From the NCBI RefSeq assembly GCF_009914755.1, contig NC_060947.1: DNA of 64,000 nt; one strand, 5' to 3'. Of the stretch, positions 54,031 through 64,000 are shown one piece after another. Both the position numbers and the translations under genes were made by a program. Numbering within the stretch: the first letter of the stretch is position 1; each line of letters opens with the position of its first letter. The notes beneath the pieces were generated by a model. The model was not told where the DNA came from and ran no database searches. It was given only the letters and a program-made list of their open reading frames with translations. Source of the stretch: the human T2T-CHM13v2.0 reference genome, Homo sapiens.

Positions 54031-56195
54031 AAATATATTTCCCCTTCTCCAAGGTTCTAAATATCCTGAGTCATGATGGGAAAACTTGAGCAGCCATCAC
54101 ACAGACCTGGAAGGATTCCCAATCAAATTTCAACTTTTAAAACTTAATAGACATAATTGTAGTTGAAGAGGCCTGATTTGATAATCAAGAGTAAAACTGC
54201 TTAGTCATAGAGTGACATAAAATTCTTCATTTGCTACCAAAGTTTAATGCTCTAACTTTGACCAATGCATGCCGTTTTCAAAGGGCAGTTCTTTCATTAA
54301 GGGATGGCTACTTTGGACTTACTGCAACTTTACTACAAGTTAGAATTTAGTTCTCTACATCTTGGACTTTATCAGCATTTAATCATTCTAATTGTGTTGC
54401 TACCTGCCATGGCATGAATATAATTGCCTTTGTTTTAACATTTCCCATTCCTTGGCAGTAATCTCTGAAATATAACTTTCGTCTCTTATAAACTGTGGTG
54501 AAGAAAATACCAAGGGACTGTGGGCAACATCAGCCTCATATCTCACTGACACTCTTTTTCATCCTTTTATATTGTTGTGCTAAGCTTCTAGCTAAATACC
54601 ACTATTCTGTGAGATTAAACAACTTTTATTGATTATATCTTATTTCCAACCACTATATCCTGTTTCCAATCAATTCTTGCCAATACATCTTTATGTATCA
54701 TGATTTAAATTTCTTTAATTTCTTTTTTTGCCTTAATATACCAATTTCCTACCATTTCATTTTATTTTCTGGGTAATATTTTAATTCTAATACAATGGCA
54801 TTTTTACCTTAATCACTTGGTGAGTTTCCTCATCGGTCTTGATCAATTATCATGCAGCAGCTTATTTTTATACGTGCTTTGCTTATTACTGATTTGGCAA
54901 CATAAGCATTAAGCTTTGTGATATAGGTGCATTTGCTGCCCTTTATTTCTCCTATGGGTGTTTTTTCTTTCCTCCATAAACCTCATCACAAGGTCTGATT
55001 TTCATATTTATCGCGGTTTGTCATTTTGCAGGTAAATGTTTTCGTCCTTTTTACCATTGAGGTGCACATTTGTCACAACATTGTCAGCCAACATAATTTT
55101 TCTTAACAAATTTTTAAATATTATGTACATGAATCAGATAAGCTTATAAATATTCACTGAACTAACACACACACCCAGAAAAATATGTCAGTGGAAATAG
55201 TAGCAGCATGTTTAATCAGCAGCAAAAAGAGCTTGACTGAATCACAAAAACAAAAAATTTCAGGCATAAATGCAAATACGTGAGGACAGTCTAACTTTCC
55301 ATAAAGCAAAATTTAGCCAATTATGACCCAATCAATTAAACCTAAGATCAGCATTAAGATATAGGATAAGAAGGTGGGATACTCATGCAATGGGGCTTGA
55401 AATTACTCATCTGAAATGTAATATATCAGCTCTGCAAGATTGAAGAGATTGGTTATCTTCAGCCTCAGTAAGGAGACACTATAGTATATAAAGTAGGCCT
55501 AATTTAGACTCCAGAGTGCATTCGTATGAACTGTATGTTCGGGGCTGATGTTACAGTATTATGAGTGATTGAAAAGTCATGCATATCCAACCACATGAGA
55601 TGAATAATGTGAAATGCATTTAAAAATCTATGTGGAAATTTTATGCACTGTCAAGTTGGCTGAGCCCCTGATGAAGAAATTATCAAATTATCAAAACTCC
55701 AGAGACTATTCATAATTTTTTGCCATGAAAACTAAGGTTTGGACCAAAAAAGGAATAATGAATTTCTTAAGTTTGCTTTTCTCCACTAATTAAGCCTTAG
55801 CTCAGGGTGATTTACTCACTCCTTTGATTGACCTCACTGGTATATGCACAGCCTGAAAGAACTCTCCTTAGGAAGTGGTGTCCTTACAGGACAGAGGAAT
55901 TTCCATTTTTTCTAATGTATAATAAAATATCTAGCAATCAGCAACTCTTCAAGACTCAGGCTTTATTTATTCAAAAGTCTCAGAGAGACCATTTAAAATG
56001 TCCTACACTAAGAGAACAAATCAAGTTTAGAAATATGTATACTTAGTTTTGAAGTCCTAAATTTGACCAAATCACAATGTTTTTAATAATTGTAGGATGG
56101 AGGAACTTAAAATACTCATAAATTTGTATATACCCATATAATGGCTCTAGAGAGGGCCTGCAGCTCTTTTATCCAGTGACAACATTTTAGCCATA

Positions 56196-56755
56196 TGTAG
56201 TAGACAGCCTCTAAAATGGCCTCCAATGAGCCTTGTGTCCAGATATACACACCTGTGTGTCATCTCCCATGCCACCAAGTGTGAGTCAGAACTAGTGATT
56301 CATTTCTACACAATAGAATACAGAAAAAGCGATGGGATGTCACTTTTGAGAATAGGTTACCAAGAGATTGTATCCGTGGGAGCACTTTCTTACTTTCTCA
56401 CTGTCCTCTCACTTACTCTGGGAGGAAAACAGATGCCATGTTTTGAGCTTCTCTATGAAGATTACCATATGACATGGAACTAATATAGCCATTTAACAGC
56501 CAGTGAAGACCTGCAGCCTTCCAACAGGCTTGTGAGTACATTTGGAAGTGAATTCTTGCCCATTAGAACCTTGAGATGACTGCAGCCCCTGCTGATAACT
56601 TGATTGTATCCTTGGGAGAGACATTGATTCAGAGACACACAGCTAAGGCAGACCTGGATTCCTAACCCACTGAAAATGTGAGATAATAAATATTTGCTGT
56701 TATAAGCCACTGTATATTGGGGTGATTTGCTAGACCACTATAGACTACTAATACA
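56196..56755 (+). mobile_element. MLT1F-type solo LTR
   Basis: TGTAGTAGACAGCCTCTAAAATGGCC...gatgggatgtcactt...tgtgagataataaat...CTAATACA; TSD ccata/ccaca. Confidence 0.88.
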
Positions 56756-57623
56756 CCACAGTAGCATTCTTTATGATTGTTCGTGTATTGTGATAAAGGA
56801 TCTTCTTTTTTATTAGCAATGTAGATGAAAGGTAATGAAACATAATGTTTTAAATTAAAAACTTGATTGTTGACTGAAGAAGATACTTTAGATACCAAGG
56901 ACTTTGAATAGTCTAGCTGTCTTTAAGAAGCTACATTTTACAATCACTTCACAGCATTAGCATGATCTGAGTGTTGATGTGGGACTTCTATCATGGAAAG
57001 GTTCAGACAGCAAATATGATAATTTGCAATAAGGGAAGTGTGAAAATAGAAAATTACATTACAGTCTTGCTTGACTGTAAGACAAAATTAATTAAGATGA
57101 AATTCTCCTTCAGCTCCTCCAATAAAAAAATACTTCTCACCCTTAGGTATTACCATATATATTTAGCTAATTACGCCAGAGCTCAGCTTTATACCTGACC
57201 GTAAGTAAACACTGGGGATACTGGCATGCTTTTGTTCTTTCATGCAATTGGTGAAATTGAAAAGAGAGACAACAAGAAAAAGGGTTCAATTTGGAGATAT
57301 GCCAAAATGGACAGAGGACATATCTTTCTGTAATTTCACTGTGAAAGTGTAGTTGTTTTTCCTTTCTTTTTTTATTTTATGTTGTTTTGTGTGAAACACA
57401 AATATAGATTTCAGTGTGAAAGCTGAGACAGTTCAAATCTTCACAGTCCCAAATATTCATTGGCAGCAGAGAAGGGTAAATTGTTATTAACATCTATTGC
57501 TGGTCAATGTAGAGTGTTCTCAAGTGATAGACCAATGGAGAAGATGAAAAACTTGTAGGCAAAGGCAAGGAGGGTTTAACTCAAATTAGTTATTGAAAGT
57601 ATTGAATTAAGTAGCTTATTAAA

Positions 57624-58078
57624 TATATTATTTTTATGTGACTGCTGTAACAACATGCCATAAACTGGGTGGCTTAAAATAACAGAAATTTATCCTACTG
57701 CAGTTCAGGAAGCCGGAAGTCCAAAATCAAGTTGTTGGCAGGGGTGGTTCCTTTTGGAGGCTCTGAAAGAGAAACCACCCATGCCTCGGTCCTAGCATTC
57801 AATAGTTGCAGGCAATTCTTGGCATTTCTTGTCTTGTAGACACATCATTCAATGTCTCCCTCCATCTTTACATGGTCTTCTCTTCTGTGTCTCATAGCCC
57901 TCTCTGCTCATAAGTTCACACCAGCAATTGAGTTTAGGGCCCACTTTAAATTTCAAATGCTTTCACCTAGAGATCCTTAAGTAATGACATCTGCAAAAAG
58001 TGTATTTCCAAATAAGATGACATTGTGAAGTTCTGGGTAGACATGAAGTTTTGGGGGACACTAATCAACTTATTATCA
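57624..58078 (-). mobile_element. MLT1B/C-type solo LTR
   Basis: ctgctgtaacaa...aaactgggtggcttaaaataacagaaattt...catctgcaaa...tttccaaataag...ttttgggggacac. Confidence 0.85.
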
Positions 58079-58457
58079 ACAGCCATAGTTAGGCATTAGT
58101 TAAGATTTATCTGAAGTTCTAAATGATTCAAAATAAAGTATAGGATATAACCCTAAAATAAGATTTTGGCTCCTTTATTTCTTTGGTAAAATCAAACTTA
58201 TTAGAATGTTGTTGTTAACATAAAGTATTTAAAAAGATAAAAGTGACAATGGTCCCCTCAAGGATATTTAAGTATGTTAGGTACTCTGCAGAAAAAACAA
58301 AAACAAAAAACCTCACGAACAATGCAAAAGCAGAAATCTTCAACAATAGACAACTCCTGCATTCCATGCATTTTAGAATAGGTCATTTATGTGTCTATTC
58401 CTACCTTAGCTCATAAGCTTTGAACAGAATTGGATTGAACTAAACAACTCCTTACAA

Positions 58458-58688
58458 CAGGGGTGTCCAATATTTTGGCTGCCCTGGGCCACATTGGAAG
58501 AAAAAAAATTGTCTTAGGCCACACATAAAATACACTAACACTAATGATAGCTGATGAGCTAAAATTAAAAAAAAAATTGCAAAAAAACTCACATAATGTT
58601 TTAAGAAAGTTTACAAATTTGTGTTGGGCCACATTTGAAGCTGTCCTGGGCTGCATGCAGCCGGTGGGCCATGGGTTGGACAAGCTTG
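58458..58688 (+). mobile_element. MER30 hAT-Charlie DNA transposon
   Basis: CAGGGGTGTCCAAT...GGGTTGGACAAGCTTG; 8-bp TSD ccttacaa/tcttgcaa. Confidence 0.93.
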
Positions 58689-58889
58689 TCTTGCAACTTC
58701 CTGTATGCTGGTCCATGTTGTTTTTTACTTCTTTTTGCATATTTACTTGAGTAATGGTTTGTTTTAGGGGTGTATATCACATGCCTGGTCCCCAGTGAAT
58801 AAATACCTAAGATAACTAATGCCATTTTAAATGTAGCATTCCAGTGTGGGGGAGCATAAGATGAAATAGACACTATCACACATGACTGG

Positions 58890-59400
58890 TAGGAACTTTA
58901 TTTCATAAAACCTTTTCAGAGAGAAGTCTAGAAATATGTACCAAACATCTTAAGGATATTCATATTCTTTGAACATCTACTTAGAGAAATTTATCTTAAA
59001 AATAAATAGATGCACAAAAATATATATAATAGAATCTTTATTGCAATATTGCTGTATCAGTGAAAAATGAGAAATATCCTAAATGCCCTAAAACAAGAGT
59101 TTTGTTACATATTTTTGAGGTTGTATAAAAAGTAGTGTGGAATACCGTGCAGTTATTAAAAGTGATTCAGTAGAAAAGTATTTAATGAACTAAATGAACT
59201 TTATGACATACGATGAAGTGAAAAAAGCAATATGAAAAATGTGCTCTCATTTATGGAATAAATGCAAAAAAAACCCTTGAAAGTCTACAGATTAAAATGT
59301 TAATGGATCATTTATCTCAAAAGATGAGATTATGGTTTCTTTTTTCATTTTTGCTAATTTGCATGTTATATTTTAAAAATAAATATATTTTTCAAATGTT
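58890..59400 (+). mobile_element. Old L1ME 3' fragment
   Basis: cttagagaaatttatctt; cctaaatgccc; ggaataccgtgcagttattaaa; aagtgaaaaaagca. Confidence 0.6.
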
Positions 59401-59753
59401 CAATAAATGGTTACAAAAATCTTAGCCTAAAACATGAGTTTTTATTAAGACATGAATTCCCAACTATTTTCTTCTTCTCCTATTAACATTATGTGTCAAT
59501 TCACTATCCCAATTTTTAAAAAGTAAACTAAAGGAAGACTTTTAAAATCTTTAGCTGAACTGGAATCTACTTATTTTATTGTATTTTATGTTTAGGTGCT
59601 TATGTTTTCCTGAGCAAACATAGAAACAAATGTAACTATTACAAGGAAGAAAGCTTTCCAAATGCTTGTGCAGTGTCATCTGTCAAGCTATCCTTGGGGA
59701 GCAGCCAGAAAATATTAGGCCAGACCACTGGGCGTTAAAAGATCCCTCTCTTG

Positions 59754-60060
59754 TGTCCAGGTGCGGTGGCTCACACCTGTAATCCCAGCACTTTGGGAGG
59801 CCAAGGCAGGCAAATTGCTTGAGCTCAGGAGTTTCAGACAGGCCTGGGCAACATGGTGAAACCTTGTCTCTTCCAAAAGTACAAAATAAATAAATAAATA
59901 AATAAATAAAAAATAGCAGAACATGGTAGCAGGTGCCTGTAGTTCCAGCTACTCAGGAGGCTGAGGTGGTAGGATCGCCTGAGCCCAGCAGGCAGAAGTT
60001 GGAGTGAGCTGAGACTGTGCCACTGCGACAGAGTGAGACCCAGTCTCAACAACAACCAAA
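59754..60060 (+). mobile_element. AluJ with (AAAT)n linker expansion and a small right-arm deletion
   Basis: GCTTGAGCTCAGGAGTTT and AGGATCGCCTGAGCCC J-type diagnostics; no clean TSD. Confidence 0.92.
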
Positions 60061-60979
60061 GTTTACATCCCAACATTGTGTCATTGATTCTTCTTTATTA
60101 TAAGTTATTATTGCAATTTATGCTCCTATAAGATCCCTGGCACATACATTTTCTATTTGCTGCCTAGATGTTTACTTTGATCATAAAGAGAGTTATTCTG
60201 AATGTAAAGGATTCAACAGCAATGCATCAAAACTCTAGAATGCTAATTCATATTTTATATGATTTGATTTTTATGACATTATGAGATGACAAAAATAAAT
60301 TTGAATGACATATATATACACATATGTATCTATCTCAGGCTACCAAACAACAATTAACCTACTTGAAAAATAGCCAGTTATTATGGAAAAAGGATATACT
60401 AGTCTCATATCCAGAAAAATTTATATTTCACAAGACATTTTACTGCAATTGTTATATATGTTTATTGAATCCTTTCCTAAACACAGAATCCATTCCTTTT
60501 CCAAAAATTGGAAACATATCTACATTAGAATTTAGGAGCCATGTTTTAGTTTTCTTACCACATAGGTGTGTAATGAAGCAGTAAAAAATTTCATGTAGAA
60601 AAGCAACAGTTCCATTACTTATATGATAATTAATTTCACTGTTGTAACTTTTGCAAATTCAGTTGTTATAATAAAAAATAATTAAAATATTCAGATTAAC
60701 ACAAGACTGAGTTGGTGGTTTCATTCTAAGACCTAACAGTCATGAGTTTAAATTCCTAACAGCTTTTTAGCACAAAAGGAAGTGATTTAGTCCCTCATAA
60801 GAGAATAAGTGAAAAGTTTTTGTATTTAAAACAAGGAACCTGAAAATTGTCTCACAGTTCAAATTTCTAAACTATCAGGTAGAGAGGTGTGAGGTCTTAT
60901 AATGGACAACACAGGGAATATTCTCAAACAATAAGGAGAAATCAAAGAAGAAAAGCAGAAGGGTAGAAGGAAAAGAACT

Positions 60980-61095
60980 CTGTGTGATCATAAGCAAGTT
61001 ATTTAACATTCATAAGAATGTTTTCTCATCTGTAAAACTCATGTGCGAGTACCTTCATGTGTAGTGTCTCTGTGACAATTACATGAAATAATAAA
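60980..61095 (+). mobile_element. MIR core fragment
   Basis: tgtgtgatcataagcaagttatttaac...ttttctcatctgtaaaa. Confidence 0.7.
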
Positions 61096-62604
61096 TGCCT
61101 TTTTAGTCAGACTTAAATTAGGAATATCTTCTAGCCTGAAGGCAGTTAAAGACAGCAAGCACAGCCAGTATTTATTTATTTTGTGATGCTTACAGCTTAG
61201 GAACAAGCTGCTCTATGAATCCTGTTCAACCAGAAAGCTTTCCCCCATTCCTGTCTCCAAGTCTTTCAACTCCCTACTTGATCACTGTGAACAGGGGAAG
61301 ATGTACATTAACCTTTCTCTTTCATGGCCTTCTGAGAATAGAGCAGGCTTTCTGTTTCTGTACCTGCCACAGATAGCATCAATAAGAAATGCTACGATCA
61401 CTAATCCAGGACTATATTTGTGACCACATGTAGATTTTTTTTAATAGAAAAAGAGACTATTTCTGGGGTTGAGCATGTCAGTGAGTCAAGGTTACACTAT
61501 GCATTTGGATTATTTTTTCTGTGCCCCAAGTTGTAATTTTTTGCTGCTTCTCAGCTTGCTTCCATCAAAGTAGACTTATAAAAACCAGATGATAATATAT
61601 CCCACAGAGTGAGGGAAAAAATGGAGTCAGGTAAATTAGGAACTGTTGTAGGGTGAAGATTTCTTTTATGTCATATATTTTATCTAAACAATCATTTGAT
61701 TTGGCATTTCACTTTATATTATATCAATGCTTGTTATAATTAAAAAATATTTATTACTAAGTAAAATTCACTCTTCATACAAGCACTTTCACATACCACT
61801 GCATACTCCAGTTTGAAAGGCAGAATTTAGTATTTCTAAGAAATTTTCAAAATGGTATTGAAAAGGATCATATAAAATTAAATGCTTTATTAAAAATGAT
61901 TGGTTACTCATCAATAGGAGTAGATTCATTGTCACCTAAATCATGAGTAATAACTTAGTACACTCTTACAAAACAATTTTGACAAAAAAATCAGTGAGTA
62001 TTAAGCAGTATATCATGATTTTATACCCTGATTATTAGTGATTACAGTGAAGTATTGGGAAAAAACTGAGTATAGTGTACCAAGAAATTTGTAAGGACAA
62101 AAACATGGGGACATTTTAAACTGCACAGGAAAATGTAAGTAGAGCAAATGTGTTTAATTCTCTCTTGACCTTCAAGTAGTTTGTGTAGGTAGTCAAAATT
62201 GTACATATTCATATTCTGATTCTTTATTATTCTTGGATCATGCAATTCTTTGAAAAAGTTAATTAAAATTTCATAGCATCACTTGAACTCTAATAAATAG
62301 TGTTACTACATTTGTTTTATTATGTGTGTCCATTGATTAAGGTGATTCTATCTCAAAAATTATGTGGTAGTTTATGAATTAGTAGTATATATTCAATGGG
62401 AACACACGGCATTAGCTGGGGTACAAGATTACATCCAGAGGAATAATCTTAATTTTAAAACATTAAATTTCTTACTAGGAGAGAAATATCTGTCAAGTGA
62501 AGTTATTTTATTGTGTTTTATGTAAACACCATAAAAGCTATTCTTGTTAATATTTCATGCTTTTCAACCATCTAGTTTTCCTTCTCTTTCTCTCTCACAA
62601 GTAG

Positions 62605-64000
62605 TGATATGGTTTGGCTGTGTCTGCACTGAAATCTCATCTTGAATTATAGTTCTCATAATCCCCACGTGTTGTGGAAGGGACCAGGTGGAGATAATTG
62701 AATCATGGAGGCAGTTTCTCCCATCCTGTTCTCATGATAGTGAGTGAGTTCTCATGAGATCTGATGGCTTTATAAGGGGCTTCCCCCTTCACTGGCACTG
62801 ATTCTTCTCCTTCCTGCTACCATGTGAAGAAGGATGTGGTTGCTTTCTCTTCTGCCATGATGGTAAGTTTCCTGAGACCTCCTTAGCCAAATGGAACTGT
62901 GAATCAATTAAACCTCTTTCCTTTATAAATTACCCAGTCTTAGATATGTCATTATAGCAATGTGAGAATGGACTAATACTATAAACTGGTACCGCATAGT
63001 GGGGTGCTGATATAAAGATACCTAAAAATGTGGAAGTGACATTGGAACTGGGTAACGGGCAGAGGTTGGAACAGTTTGGAGGGCTCAGAAGAAGACAGAA
63101 AAATGGGGGGAAGTTTGGAACTTCCTAGAGACTTGGAGGGCTCAAAGGACAGGAAGATGTGGAAAAGTTTGGAACTTCCTGGAGACTTGTTGAATGGCTT
63201 TGACCAAAATGCTGATAGTGATATGGACAATAAAGTTCAGGCTGAGGTGGTCTCAGATGGAGATGAGGAACATGTTGGGAACTGGAGCAAAGGTGACTCT
63301 TCCTATGCTTTAGCAAAGAGACTGGCAGAATTTTGCCCTCTGCCCTAGAGATCTGTGGAACTTTTAATGTGAGAGAGATGATTTAGGGTATCTGGGGGAA
63401 AACATTTCTAAGTGCAAAGTGTTCAAGAGAAAGCAGAGCATAAACATTTGAAGAATGTGCAGCCTTACACTGCAATAGAAAAGAAAAACCCATTTTCTGG
63501 GGAGAAATTCAAGCCTGCTGCAGATATTTGCATAAGCAACAAGGAGCTGAATATTAATCACAAAGACAATGGGGAGAATGTCTCAAGGGCATGTCAGAGA
63601 CGTTTGCAGTGGCTCCTCCCATCACAAGCCAGGAGGCCTAGGAGGGAAAGATGGTTTCCTGGGTGGGGCCTAAGGCCCCTCTGCTGTGTGCAGCCTGAGG
63701 ACTTAGTGCCCTGCATCCCAGCCACTCCAGCCATAGCTATAAGGGGTCAAGGTACAGCTCAGGCCATGGCTTTCACAAGGCACAAGCCCCAAACCTTGGC
63801 AGCTTCAAAGTGGTGTTGAGCCTGTGGGTGCACAGAAGTCAAGTATTGAGGTTTGGGAACCTCCGCCTAGTTTTCAGAGGATGTATGGAAATGCTTGGTT
63901 GTCCAGGCAGAAGTTTGCTGCAGGCTTGGAGTCCTCATGGAGAACCTCTGCTAAGGCAGTGCAGAAGGGAAGTGTGGGTTTGGAGCCCCCACAGAGTCCC
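62605..64000 (+). mobile_element. THE1D-like provirus: 5' LTR 62605-62980 plus internal region, cut by the window end
   Basis: TGATATGGTTTGGCTGTGTC...GACTAATAC(t), then ATAAACTGGTACC and THE1-int homologous to 499-1300. Confidence 0.94.

Overview
Primate nuclear DNA, most likely human or great ape (it contains an AluYa5-lineage Alu). It is AT-rich, has no CpG island, and most of it is interspersed repeat: L1 of several ages, THE1/MST/MLT LTR elements, Alu, MIR, L2 and hAT MERs. I found no protein-coding gene. The ORFs in the track are broken L1 or MaLR frames, Alu/microsatellite read-through or chance ORFs, so this is a long intron or intergenic region. I see no evidence for a new biological system. 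The notable signals are structural fossils read from the sequence: (1) a three-junction rearrangement at 9.4-16.6 kb that appears to be a collapsed pair of head-to-head L1MA elements; (2) a tailless retrocopy of the tRNA-Ile(UAU) 5' exon, nested in an MLT2 LTR inside a MER58A; (3) a fold-back templated insertion at a THE1 deletion junction; (4) one L1 target site hit twice; (5) a twin-primed L1PA7/8; (6) a perfect 17-bp-arm hairpin; (7) several minus-strand splice signals in unique DNA at 18.9-25 kb, including a candidate recursive splice site. Subfamily names come from remembered consensus sequences, not from a RepeatMasker run. Boundaries of old elements are approximate.
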